Part shown: piece by piece, positions 1-12,705 of the stretch | How the letters are laid out: each line of letters starts with the position of its first letter | Position numbering within the stretch: position 1 is the first letter of the stretch | Origin: Balanoglossus misakiensis | Taxonomy: Eukaryota; Animalia; Hemichordata | Length of the DNA stretch: 64,000 nt | Direction: 5' to 3' | Assembly: GCA_040954595.2 (NCBI GenBank) | Contig: CM082597.2 | Span: forward strand, 5,089,244 to 5,153,243 | The notes under the pieces: generated by a model | Told to the model about the DNA's origin: nothing | What the model saw: the letters and a program-made list of their open reading frames with translations, nothing else | Databases searched by the model: none | Made by a program: the position numbers and the translations under genes

Positions 1-65
1 GATGAGAACAGCAAATGTATATTATTTGCTCGACATTTTGCTGACTCAGCATCCTGTGTACTCAC

Positions 66-255
66 AGACAGTATTCACACTTGCGACAATCCGCAACGCG
101 TTGACATCCCTCGCATTCTCCGCACCGCCGTCTCCTCTTCCGGGGCTTGGCTGGAGTGTCTTCCTTGGGAACTGTCTTGGTCTCCCTCTTGGGAATCGTC
201 TTGTTCTCCTTCTTGGGAGAGAGTTGGGGTGTCTCGTCGTCACTCACAACAGGCT
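66..255 (-). CDS. KMT2A: KMT2A-like exon 5 (start of the CXXC zinc finger)
   Basis: RKRRRRCGECEGCQRVADCRKCEYCL; acceptor ttttgtcacAG (phase 1), donor CT|GTGAGT. Confidence 0.88.
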
Positions 256-3200
256 CTGTGACAAAACGGCAGGGAAAATGTTGGTGCTTGATTATAGCGA
301 TCTGAGAAACCACTTGAAAGTGAATTTGTTACAGTACGCAATCAACTGACATACATGCAAGCCTTTGATGAAAAATCAGCAATGAAAATGAGAAGACAGA
401 TATAAACTTTGACTAAACCCATGTCAACATTTTACTTATCCATTACATTTTTGAAATTTATTTTATTTAAATTTTATTTCTGTTTGCAGTGGAACAAGAA
501 AATCGCCTTTGGTACACAGAACACAAATACTGAAATTAAAACGCAAAGTTATAGCTAATGTCCCCTTTTAATGGCCACAACCAATTCTGTGCAGCTCAAA
601 CCATTTTCCTTGTAACACTGCAAATCCTCACACTTACTTTCCTCTTTCTTTTCTCTCAGTTTCTCCTTCTCTCGTTCCGGCAAGGCACTTAGTCTGAGTT
701 CATGGTTGTCGTCTCCAAAAAGCGCCCTGGACTGCCCCAACACGACCGCAGCTCTGCGGCAGACATGTTTGATCCGAGGCCCCCTAGTTGAGTTGCTACT
801 CGTAGTGCTGACGTTGTCCGACGTATCTGCGTCATCATCCTGTATGGGCTATAACAATTTGAGACAAAACGTGCACATCATTTGGTGTCTTATCACCCCC
901 GTATCAATCTGACAGTGGAACAATCTCAATCCCCTCACGCGAGACAGATATGAAAGTCCAAATACTGCAATTTTTAGTGGGAAAACAACATCACAGCACA
1001 ACAAATCTTTAGGACGTTTTATAAACTATTGAAAACTTACACTCTCTCTGGTAGGCTGGTTTTCCTTCACTTCAGGCTGTGACATGTTTGCTGAAAAACG
1101 AAGAGATATAGAATACTTATTATTATTATATCAAATCACCTTCATGAAATTACATACGTACATTGTAAGTTGTAAATTACAACTTGACTAGCAACTGAAT
1201 CATGACAATCTTATAAGTCATTTCCTTTAATCAGGTTTAACTGTAATAACATTATGAAATTCTGTCTTCCTGTTTTCAAGAATCATCCATCCTTGAAAAA
1301 TAAGCTTAAAGGTATATGGTCACCTCCAATTTAGATACGCCCATATTTGGCTGAAGTGGCGTATTGTAGCGTTCTAAAGAACAAATAGTTGCGCTCTTTT
1401 TTTCGCGTGTGCCACCCACTGAAAATCTGTGATTGGTTAGATTTCAATTCGCCATGATAACTATAGCTAATTTTCCATAGGTGACCGTATACCTTTAACC
1501 CTTTCACCACCATGGTTTGGTCCAAATGATGACTCACCTGTTTGTAGAAACTCTGGCGATTCTGTATGGGTGGCCTGTGTTGCATTGTCGCTGCTGTTCA
1601 TATCGACCAGCGACTCCAGATTGACGACCGGGAACGACTTGAGATCCACCGGGCTGTGAACCCTCTTCTGCTCCATCTCCAGCTGCATGTTCAGTTTCAC
1701 CAGCTGGTCCTTCTTGACGGCCTCCGCCTGCTTCACGGCCTTGCTCAGCGCGGCCTTGTGCAGCTGCAGCTTGGCCTTCTTGACGAGCTCCGAGGGCCTG
1801 CGCGAGCCGGGCTTGCCTCCTTTCTTCGCGACCGCGGCTGTCTTCGACCTCGAACTTGCTTCAGTGGCAGCATCGTCGTCCGCTTTCGGTTTGCGGTCTC
1901 GCCCGAGCAGCTTGGCGACCGACGACTTGAGCAGCACTTTCCGCTTGGATCGCCTCTCCGGAGTCACGACTTGACTGCTGCTCGCCGGACGTTCGACCGG
2001 TTCCTCCTTCACGCCGGCATCGTTCGCGACGGCCGTTTCGGGAACGCGGTCACCGGACACATGATCTCCCTCGTAGTTCTCAACGTCCATCAGCTGCTCC
2101 TGCTTGATCTCCTTTTCGACCGCCGCCTCCTGCTGAGCCTCGTTTCCCGACTCGCCACTTCCGGCCGCAGGGGGCGCCGCCGCCTTCTGCAGCTCTACCG
2201 ACTTCTTGGCGACGTCCTGCCTGGCTTTCTTCGTCAATTTGGCCGCAATCTCCTCCGTCTTCTTCTTTTCCGGAGATTTCTCTTTCCGCCGACCAAGTAC
2301 CGCTTTCTTGTACCTCTGACTTGAGCTTTGCACATCTCCTTTAGCACCTCTCCTCGCGTCATATGGTGTTGGTGCTGTTTCACTACTTGCAAGTGGCTGC
2401 TGTGTCTTATCCGCATTGCTAGTGTCCGTACCTCCATCCACTGCTTGCTTAGAAGCCCCAGCAACCGTCGTCGCCACGTCCAGCCTGGGTAGTTTGGCAC
2501 TAATGGTCGGTAAACTGTTATCCTCAAATAAACGCTTGTTAGGTTTAATCACACGCGATGACCGCGCACTGACCATCGGCAAGACAAACTTCCGCGCACC
2601 TTTGAACGCAGTCACTCTCACTGACGAGACCTCTGCAGTACTGTCTTGTGTCGTTGCCCTATCCGAACTGTTCGCAAGCTTACCTTTCTCCAAAGCATCT
2701 CCATCTAGTTTTTCAGCCTTCACTTTCCCCTTAACAGTCTTGGCAGCTGGTTTCGCAACGGTGTCTTTACACGTCCTTGACTTTTTATCAGATTTTTCCA
2801 GAATCTCGTTCTTTCCACCAGGTCTTATGGATTGCTCCTGTCCCAGCTGAGATTTCGCCAACATTTTAGCGGACTTCGTTCCTCTTGCTACCCTGGTTTG
2901 CGATTTACAATCATCCCCTGCTGTTGTTTGAGAGTTTGAAAATTCGGATAATGCAGCCAGAGATTCATTTGTCCTTTGTAACGAGGATTGCAATTTGGAG
3001 TAGGTACGAGTTTTTGCGACTGTTGACGATGACCCTGTCCTGTCTTTTTGAGACCTTATATTTGTCGTGATCGGCGGACTGACTGGTTTGGGGTATTTTC
3101 GCGGCCTGCCACCTTTAGCCTTTTGGAGTATCTGTTGGACGACCTTAGTGTCAGCTTTCTTTGTCGCGGGAAGGACCCTGACTCGCCTTGCAATGCCTTT

Positions 3201-6200
3201 CCTAGGTCCAACGACAGCCTTGGGTTCGGTTTTCTCCGGGGATATGTCCCCCACTGCCTGCTCTTTCTCCGAAGCGCTCCTTTCATAAATAGTCGGCCTC
3301 CCGGGCCCCCGAACGATCTTGCCTTCCCGTCCATCGCTGAAGAGGCGTATCTTCAGCTTTTTCAGTTTGGGCACGAGCGACACCGTCTTCTGTTTGTTCT
3401 TCGCGTTCCCTCGCGTTGGCGACCGCGCGGCGACGCGGTCCTCGATCTCCTTCACCCGCTTGATGACGTGCGTGGTGGTCCGGAACTCGTTCGACTCCTC
3501 CTTCTTCAGGTCCTTGTACGACTTCCGGATGAGCGTCTTCAGCCGGCTGCGCGTCCGCTCCGACGCCGGCAGGGCCTCTAGGCTCAGCCGGGCGTGCGAC
3601 AGGCGAGTCGTGATGCAGCTGCCGTGTTGCAGTGTCTCGGAGCTGAGCGGCAGACTCGGTATCGGCTCGCTGCTCTGTCTGCGCGTTCCTCTTGTTGACG
3701 TTCGCCTGTAGGCTTTGATTCCGACTTCCTCGGCAGAAAATCCAACAAATTCTTCCTCCTGTCAAAACGAAAGAGAACATAATCCCTTATTACACTGATA
3801 CACATTATTCCATTGTATTTAAAAATGTCTTTAAAGGGACAAAATTTCTCTCTCACTGCCTTTTTCTAGTAATTATGTATGATACAAGACAAGTTGTTTA
3901 TGTTATACTACATGTGGATATATAGTGAATCAACGTTCCACCACACATAATTTAAATGGAAAAAGGGCAGCAAGAGAGAAACTTTGTCCCTTTAAAAAAT
4001 GCGATCATTGGCAGCAAATTGTTCATTTCAATTAGTTTTATCCCGATTCAGTGATTATAAACAGCTACCTATGGATATGTGTCAAGTAACTGTTCTCTAA
4101 CATTAACATTACAATTCAGCAGGCTGTACACGTGGCCTGTAATCCATAACCTCGATTTAAAATGTTCTTTTTATAGCTACGCCCTTTGACATAATGCAGC
4201 ATAAGCCTGCTCACCCCGAAATAACATATCTTGTTGACTTTAATTTTTAGTTTGAAAAAATAATTTGCATTGTACATGTACACAGGAAATCGTGATATGG
4301 GTCAAAGCAATATATACACCTGTCGTGTGCTTGTTATATTCCGAGCAATGAAATTTGTACGCCACATTCAAGTTCCTGTCTTCCCCGAGAGTTTCAATAC
4401 AGCCTGCCTATCCCCAGAAACGAAAATTTACTGCCCGATACAGAATACAGGTCATTCCAATTTCCTGTTTTCACTTCAGGCAAACTGTGGCAGGAAACAC
4501 CGACAGGTTTTCATATCCTGTGAACTCTTTGCTCACGTTTCCACCGATCATGAAATCACTTGAAATTGATTGACCGAGATTTCATGGTTATCAGTGGATA
4601 TTTAGTGAATCTGGTCTTACATTAATTAACACCAGCTTTTGGCATACTAACTTCTCATCAGAAATTTCTGATAATAGTATCAGCCAATTTGCATATAACA
4701 ATATACTGGTATAATAACCAGTATATTGACATTTGTCAATTTTTTTTATACAAAAATGATTTATGCCAAAATTATAATTTGGACAGGTTCCAACTATGGA
4801 ACATGCATATTACATGTACAAATATAAAACCATCAGGTTTACCTGTTACCGTTAGTGAGCATTCTTATTTCCAGGTAGCTCAGCTTACCGAGACATTTTA
4901 ATTGCATATCATGTACAAAGTACCCACAACAGTTCAGTAATCAGTCTAATTTTAACATCATTAAATCTAGATGTCTTCAGCTTTGATGGATTTGACAGTA
5001 CATTGAGCAGCTTTTCTGACGAGCAGATGTTCTATTGAGGATAAAGCTGAAATCAAGTTAAATGGATACGTGTTTCCATTTCCTACAGAAGTCACTGATG
5101 TGTCTCACATACAAGAGAACTTACAATGTAATTACAATTTACAAATTATGTCCAAGTGGTGATTTGTGCAATATTTCCCACAAGTACCATCAGCGAGAAA
5201 ACCTCCATCATCTCACGAACCACTTCACGAAAAACAATCCATCGATAATCATGAACGTCACTGACATCTGGCATTAAGTTTGTTTACACAGTGATACGTT
5301 TCTCACCCCTGAATAATTATATTACGTTCCTGGTGCTGCGTGCTCACACACCCACATACATATCATTTATGGCTGACATAGTTTTGCCTTCTCCATGTTT
5401 TATGTAGTATGTTCTGTGTGTTATGTGCACATGTTCTCTGTTTATGAATTATGTTTATGAATTATGTTTACAAAATCATACTGCGGTTGATGGAATTTTG
5501 TTTCACAAAATGCAGTTTTGCAATCCATGGTCAACAGTGTCTGATACAAAGCAAATAAACTTATTAGTGATCGTTTCTGTGTTCCGACAAAAAAAAATCA
5601 TTTAATCAGAAAAAGACGCTAAATATCTATGCTGGTCTGAAATAAACTGTCCCAGACAACAGGACTGAGAAACTCTGTTAAGGGGTTCAGCTATGACCTG
5701 ATAGCAACAAAAGCCAGGTCGCGTAATTGTGCGACTCCCTTCATGACCCCTTTGAGGCGTTAACTACTCCTGTCACATGTCAATACATGTCCAATATAAC
5801 CTAGAATCACTGCAAACATGTCAGGGAAACCAAATAAACAAAAAGATCTGAAGAAAGGAAGTCTGAAACAAAGTGAATACTGAATAAAATATATGGTTTA
5901 CCATAGATATAACTGCTGTGATTAATCGTAATATCTTAAAACTGGGTCAATCCGTAAATGGGTCAATTTATGCAAATACGGAGTGTAGATTTTTTCCCCA
6001 ACAGTTTGGGACTGTAAGAAATAATTTTAGGTCACACGACATGTCTGGAAATGAAGAGACTTGTTTGGGAAGCTATAGTTTCAGAATGCAACTCACGTGA
6101 AACAGACCACATGTTTTGAAATATACGCACTTTACTGACAATTTGCATATCGCATGTGTCAAGACCAGACCTGGCCCGACAACTGGGCACACAGGGGGTG

Positions 6201-7899
6201 GGGGTGGGTGGGGGCAGAGGGTGGATGTCTTCCGTGTAAAGTCGGGTCAGAAACAATTGCAATATCGCTATGGCAACCGGAGAGGCAAGTAACTGATTGC
6301 AGAGACCCAGTAACGCTAATGGAGTCAAGACTGGAAATGCTTGACACTCTGAAGTAACCAAACAAATTGCTCGTAACGATATTCTGACATTTACACTGAG
6401 CTAAACCCTATGCATAGGTGGGTAGGGTGTAGCTCACTGTGTTTTTCCAACTTTTTTACACAATAACTCATCAAAACTCAATCTACACCAGAATGAAAAC
6501 AATGAATTAAACAACTCACCTTAAACCAATTTAAACAAGCAATTAATATTACCCATGGTAAAAACAAAAGACTATTTAATTATAGAGGTTTAATTATAGC
6601 AGTACGTATATATCATTATTCAGCCTTTCTGAAAACAATGCAAAGGAACTGATGTCTTCCTTTTCATTGTTTGACAACTTGTGATCAGCATTAAATATTT
6701 TTTTCTAATCAGAGAGCATTCTGCAGTCAATATTACTCATTGACAAATGTGAATTCTTGAACACCAGTTTTATCACACCACTGTTAAGTATTATTATTAT
6801 TGTAAAAATATGGATTGCATAAACTTTTTCAATATCAAGCCTGCAAAATACAAATTTTACAGGAATACCAGGAGTTTCCATGTTATATATTGATCAGTCA
6901 AAATACCAGGAGAATTTTAAATTATCCATCCCCTTCTGGATCAATTGTGTCTTTGTGTGGGAAAAATGATTGTATTTCTACTATAATGTATTCATACTGT
7001 ATATATTTACTGAAATGGTAACCCCCAAGTATATAGCCACTTATTTAGCTACATGTAATGTAGCAAGTTCAGTATGTGAAATACACACAGGTACACATGT
7101 TAAAATTTGGATGTGTTGGAGGAGGGCCAAATGTTTATTTCACAACAAATCTGTGACATAAATGGTCGATATCTGTACTTAATAACCAGACTCCTCCATT
7201 CAGCAATATTTTGTGATTATATCGATGTGAGGGTGATTTGAAAACGTTTTCCTTTCATGCACACAGTTCCTTTTCTGTACACGGCTATCGAACTCTTCCC
7301 GCCCCTGGCGCTATTTCCGTGGTCCCATGGACCTTTCAAAGTGCGATCAACTAAACTTATGTGGCCAAACAAACCGTGTAACCTGTCGTTTATGACATAC
7401 TAGGTGATCTAGTCATCCAGACGACAGCGAGTTTTTTTGAGGCCCACCCAAAAAACACGCGATTTGTACACGGAATATTTTGGAAGGTGAAATCTACAGC
7501 CTTCCTATCTCGTAATTTATTACGTTTTATTTCACTTTGTGGGCACATAGCTTGACCACAAAAATCTCCCCAGAATCGTCACACAGTGGGGATTCGTAAG
7601 AGACCGGGCAATTCAGAGAAAACGTTCCCAATTTTCGTATATTGGTGAAATGACCATAAGGTTTAAAACCCTGAAATGAACAACATGGCCGCGACTCGCC
7701 AGCGTTACGTGGAATTAGTGCGAGAACTTACCTCATCTGACTCGCCTACGAGCTCACGAAATCTCTTCAAACCTCGCTGAATACTGCCTGCATAAATACT
7801 GGTTGGATCGTGAAAGTTTCGTGCCTCTTCCGATGTGAAAACAGCTCCCGATCGGCCAACTTTATGGCCTGGTCGACCTGGAAAACGATAACGCGCCAT
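66..7899 (-). CDS. KMT2A: Histone-lysine N-methyltransferase 2A/2B (MLL1/trithorax) ortholog, 5' part: join of 7732-7899, 1538-3758, 1041-1090, 638-839, 66-255; continues off the left edge
   Basis: N-terminal MARYRFPGRPG (cf. MLL1 menin-binding RWRFPARPG); FRELVGES..EEEFVGF (LEDGF IBM); AT-hooks GRP/GRPRKYP; SNL1 RKFVLPMVSARSSRVIKPNKRLFED; GPRIKHVCRRAAVVLG..LSALP; CXXC RRRCGECEGCQ..DCRKCEYCL. All junctions are GT-AG and phase-consistent (0,1,0,1,2). Confidence 0.95.
638..839 (-). CDS. KMT2A: KMT2A-like exon 4 (SNL2 region)
   Basis: GPRIKHVCRRAAVVLGQSRALFGDD..LSALPEREKEKL closely matches MLL1 GPRIKHVCRRAAVALG..LSALP; AG/GTAAGT boundaries. Confidence 0.92.
1041..1090 (-). CDS. KMT2A: KMT2A-like exon 3 (50 bp linker)
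   Basis: tttttcAG acceptor and GTAAGT donor; converts phase 1 to phase 0 as needed to join exons 2 and 4; open frame NMSQPEVKENQPTRES. Confidence 0.8.
1306..1498. mobile_element. TTAA-flanked MITE (Kolobok/piggyBac-type), family A copy 1
   Basis: TIRs TTAA-AGGTATATGGTCACCT ... AGGTGACCGTATACCT-TTAA; a homologous copy lies in the opposite orientation at 61603-61796. Confidence 0.85.
1538..3758 (-). CDS. KMT2A: KMT2A-like exon 2 (2221 bp; IBM FVGF, AT-hooks, SNL1)
   Basis: Acceptor ttttgacAG|GAG GAA GAA TTT GTT GGA TTT is in frame with the 662-aa ORF; donor CAG|GTGAGT at 1538/1537. Confidence 0.93.
3831..3995. mobile_element. TTAA-flanked MITE, family B
   Basis: About 33-bp imperfect TIRs TTAA-AGGGACAAAATTTCTCTCTCACTGCC ... 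GGGCAGCAAGAGAGAAACTTTGTCCCT-TTAA. Confidence 0.8.
6194..6214 (+). other. Potential G-quadruplex in KMT2A intron 1
   Basis: G5-T-G5-T-G3-T-G5 with single-base loops. Confidence 0.55.
7732..7899 (-). CDS. KMT2A: KMT2A-like coding exon 1 (56 aa; menin-binding motif)
   Basis: AAGATGGCG start context; MARYRFPGRPG...LKRFRELVGESDE, then GTAAGT donor, phase 0. Confidence 0.93.
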
Positions 7900-8949
7900 C
7901 TTGCTTTCTTCATCGGCGGCGAAGTGGCCCTGGAACTAGCATACTTTCAATGGTGCATCAGCGCGTCTTTTGTTTACGGTGAGTTTTGAGGTCAAAGGTG
8001 ACGGCAGCAACTTTAGTTTCCACAGTAAAGATAGGTCGAGCTGAACTCGTCCAAATTTTCGGTCGTTCTGTCCGTTTTATGCGATATTTTTTTCGGTTAA
8101 TCTCACATTCATTTCCTAAATCACCAATGGGATGATAAATGAATAGCTAGGGAGTTCGAAAATGACACATATAGGTGAAAACATGTGAAGAAGTGAGACG
8201 CATTTTTTTCACGATGAAAGAAGCCCTTAGGCTTAGGCCTACGCCAGTCCGTTTTAACTTGTCTATAATGTGTTCAAGCATGCCGATTCTATGCATTTTG
8301 CTCAGGTAAACTTGTTCCGAAGAAAAAGAACGAAACATGCATTTTCAGGGACCAGTTTCTGACGGAATACACGACCGACCAGCTTTAAAAACGACACAGT
8401 AATCACCGCTTTGAAATCCTGACACCGGCATGTCAATGTCTTGACATGTACGAACAGCGATGTTCAGTCCATTTCAGGGTCACTCCCTACACATATTGTC
8501 TTCTAGCTACAGTGGAAGATAAATGAAGATACAGTATTATAGGATACACATACAGCATTCGTCGCTAACGGGCACTGTAATGTAAACACCTTACGTATCG
8601 CCCATGCCCACCGCAACCCTTCAATTCCGCATTGACATGACATGAGCATCACAAGTTCAGCTCGCACACCACACTGTACTACGGGTGCAACACCCATCTT
8701 GATGTTGAACTCGACAGAAAATAAAAGAATATATATTAGCACACAATGTCGATCAAAACCAGGTTTTCTACGTGTGACGTGGCTATTTGCATCATGCAAA
8801 CAAACCCACTTTAACCGTTATGACCGCTATATTAAGCTTATCAACATCAATTCGCACCTTTTCCCAATCTGAGAGAATATTTTTAAAACCATATTTTTAG
8901 GCCTATTGGGACTAAGTTATAAATGGTTTATGATGCCTGATCACCAACC

Positions 8950-9033
8950 TGAATGAATGAATGAATGAATGAATGAATGAATGAATGAATGAATGAATGA
9001 ATGAATGAATGAATGAATGAATGAATGAATGAA
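8950..9033. repeat. (TGAA)n microsatellite
   Basis: About 21 perfect units. Confidence 0.97.
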
Positions 9034-9068
9034 GTCAGGTGCCAGGTTGAGTGGCGGGTTGGCTGGGT

Positions 9069-9077
9069 TGATGATGG

Positions 9078-9133
<56 letters not shown>
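9069..9133. repeat. (GAT)n microsatellite
   Basis: About 21 units with one interruption. Confidence 0.97.
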
Positions 9134-12100
9134 CACACACAAATGTGCCTTACCAAGCATTTCTAACGATATACTGTGTCCGATTCAGGCTATGGTGGTT
9201 CTCCCCTGTCTCCATGTTGAATCATCGATCAGTGTAGTCTATAAAGATGCCCCGGTTTATGCGGCTATGTTTGGATGTTGTTTTCAGCGAGGTCGATGTC
9301 TGTATCCATGACCAAGGACACCGCACCGCTGTCGGCAAAGTCCGGGGACGATGGCAGCTGTCATGCACAAGTGATGATATACTAGTAATCGCAACTCAAC
9401 TACAAACTGTGCCCTGTCATTGAAGTCCATGGTCGTATAGGATGTGTAACACTAGCTCAGAAGCCCCTACAAGAATAAGATTGTTCGTCAATATGGCGCA
9501 AACACACGCCTGTGCGTAACCCGGGTAAGATGGCTCCTAGAAAGCGCACACGGTTTCTCTAATGTCAGCAACAACTATACAGTCTTTCAGCTAGCGAGAA
9601 ACGCAGTTCAACGCACACATCTCACTTCAGGGGAAAATTAGCGACCGATACTCACAATAAGATTTCGGACATAGGCCTAGGCCAACAGGAACCCAGGTCT
9701 GGGTCGATCACACACACAAAAAAAACGGGGAAAATCGCAAGTTGGACCAAGGTTTTGACTATGGATGACGTTTCTTCAAATGCCCAGGTATCAGTTTTGT
9801 GCGGGTCACCCAGTTGACATGTCAGGCCGAGATTTTGACATTTATAAATTTGCGGTTTTATGTCCGTACCCAAGGCAACACGACCCAAACATACGTGCGT
9901 ACTGATACGCTGTTGTGTTCCTGCGCACCCAAACCGAGGCACCAATGACTGCGATTCCAACATGTCAACATTGTCGGATTTTGTCCTAGTTTTGTCAGTG
10001 TTGATAACTATAAGCTCTTTGTACGTACAATCTTTACTTTGGTTAGTTAATCAGTGCATAAGTCACTGCCAGGTTCAAGTTGAAAAGACCTATTGATTTC
10101 GGACAACATTCGAAAATTAGCGATCACAGCCATCGTGTGTGTTGTTCAACAGTGCGTATGACGATGGCAATGCATATGACGCTACGTCGGAGGTCATGAA
10201 ATCGTCATCGTCATCTCCAGCATAAGTGTTTATGAAGTAAAAAGACTTTCTTTCAATTTCTCATGATACTGTGAAAATGTCCTGTAATCGAAAATACCGT
10301 ACTGATAGGCAGAATATATTCTGAAGACTTGACTCTTATGGGAGGGGGGGGGGACACAACCGCACCGGCGAAAAACAGCGCTTCGCTGAGCTGAAGGTGT
10401 GCATGAGAAGAAATCGTGCGTTGTAATATAGAGCTTTGCTGTTTGCGTGTGTTTTGACATTTCGTGTCTTGATCGACAGACGTGAAAACACCAAGTCAGC
10501 TTTTGTTTTTGAAGGCTTGAGAGGCGAAAAAACGGCAGATGAAAATCTACTCGCGGGTATATAACTTCTTGGCTTCCAATATCATTATCGACCACGCGTA
10601 GAAAGGCGAAGAGTTACTTCAATCACTGGATGTTGTGTGGTCGAGCGGCGAATCTGGGACGAGGCCACCGGATCGAGATGGGAAAAGCGTTTTAATTCGG
10701 CTAATCGTCCGTCATTATTTCAAGTCTATCTTCATATGTGATTGAAAGTTGATGTCATTAATCAAAGATGTATGTATATCTATTTAAGATTGTTCTCAAA
10801 TTCAATTTTTAAATCGATCTCTCGTCCTTGGGCGAGACTGACCAAGGTATTTCCCAGCCTCTCTTTGAAAGAAATGGCGTGACGTCACTGACCACAGCCG
10901 CAGGATTCCCCTTAAAAACGCAAAACCCCGACCAAAAACCCACTCAGTGATTGTTCAGTAGTTCAAGTGCATAATTATGCTCCCCAGATGAAGTCAAATT
11001 GGTAAAATGTGAGGGAATGCATGTAAATAGTGTTGTTGTTCAATGTGGATGCGCGTTTTCTCGCGTATTTGGCGCAGGCAAAGTCGGTCGTAATCTTTCG
11101 TAACATACATCAACAACAAAATATTTCCTCGTTTCGTGTACTTCGACTCTTTTACACGAATTCTAGGACAACGCAAATATTTGGTAATGTATTTTATACA
11201 CTGTAAGAGCGAAATAACGTAGGAGCTTGTCCGCGTTTTGCAGTTTGGGAGCGCTGGCAACCGTTCCCACCCCAGCGAACATTGCCTGGCGAGTTACGGT
11301 ATTCAGAGTCCGGGCGCAGGATCTGCCCAATCAGCGCAGAGGTGTGCAATTGATAATGGCAGCTTTTGCCGCCAAATCGCTGCGTGGTCACGCAGCTCAG
11401 TTTCCCTGAGAAGATTCAACGCCCTGGCGCTGGACATAAATGTGATGACAGCTCTTGCAAAAGCGGGCGTTGGCTGCATTTGTGATCATTCTACATCCTC
11501 GAATGGGAAATTTAAAAAAACTCCCGTCAGGAGATTCGCTGCGGAATTTCATTCATACGAGGACACTTCCGGGGTTCGTTGTTCGATCCACGGTCACCTT
11601 GGTCGATATCCGTGGCAACTTACACACACTTGCTGCAAGATTCGTTTGTCACGCAGAAATTAAATTCGCCACTAATCTCGTGTATTTTGATCTCCTTTAA
11701 AATGCAAACAATATTAACAAATGCAATAAACTGAAATATTGTAAACTAGTTTCTGTTTATCGCCTGTCCTTTCTTGTTTTCCTCTGTTCGTAACTTTTAG
11801 TTTACACTTTGAAACTTTGTATAGGCCTACACTTTCTGTCAGTGTTTGACCTAGACCTACTTCCGGGGAGTTGGATGACCGAATGAAGAGCTAGATGAAC
11901 CGTTTCTAGTATTTTATTTGATGATGTGGGATACAGCTGCGCACAGGATACCGAAGAAGTAAACGGGGAAATGACAGAATTGATATTGGGGGAAATAATG
12001 AGGGTGCATCGTTCCGTCCGCGTCCTTGGCTACCGAAGTTTGGGGTGGGCTTGAAGTGTTGGTTTTACTTTCAGGGGAAAAGTAGCCAGCAAGCCTAAAT

Positions 12101-12705
12101 CTGTTTTTTAATTGTATAATCCAATCTAAATATGACTATATTAAATGGGCAATGTCCTCAATTTAGAAACGTTTACCATTAAGAAATAGGCCTGCATTGT
12201 CTATTTCTTGATACTTTATGATAATTGTTTGTATTGTTTTCCATGACGCATAATAGAGAATCTATAAGTGCAGTACATGAAGTGTTCAACTGCAGTCCAT
12301 GCCCCACCCCGAAATATCAACAGCAAATCGCCTGGCGTTTATGTGGTGACGATATATACGTTTGTTGCTGGTAGTAGGCCTACATTAATCGCGCGTGTCC
12401 TCTCAACAACTCAGCTATGTGTACTGACTCAGTGAGGCATGCGCACTGATGCCAACTCTGACCTGCAGTTATCTCTCTCTGTCCAGCTCATGAAAAGTCA
12501 AATTTAATACACAATGTCTATATAGTCGTTGTTGTTTTGTGAGATTTAAAAATAATAAAAACAAACATCATTAAACGAGAGAAAATTTGCTGACCAAAAT
12601 TCCCTGAATGATTTTTTGTCTCAGCTATATTCTCTCGCGTGCGTCAGCATTTTTTCACAAAGTTGATAAAACCTGTGTCATATAGGCCCGTTATTTGTCC
12701 TATAT

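Noticed and set aside
256-301. Alternative KMT2A acceptor at 301
   Set aside because: It is phase 0 relative to the CXXC frame, but exon 4 ends in phase 1, which would give a stop. The acceptor at 255 fits.
1566-3711. Long plus-strand ORFs (252, 144, 177 and 130 aa)
   Set aside because: They are antisense shadows of the GC-rich KMT2A exon 2.
8928-9237. ORFs with poly-S/I/D and HSFI repeats (likewise the YVCM/HTYI ORFs near 55 kb)
   Set aside because: They are translations of microsatellites.
11570-11600. GTTCGATCC tRNA/SINE B-box-like motif
   Set aside because: No A-box spacing or cloverleaf could be formed.
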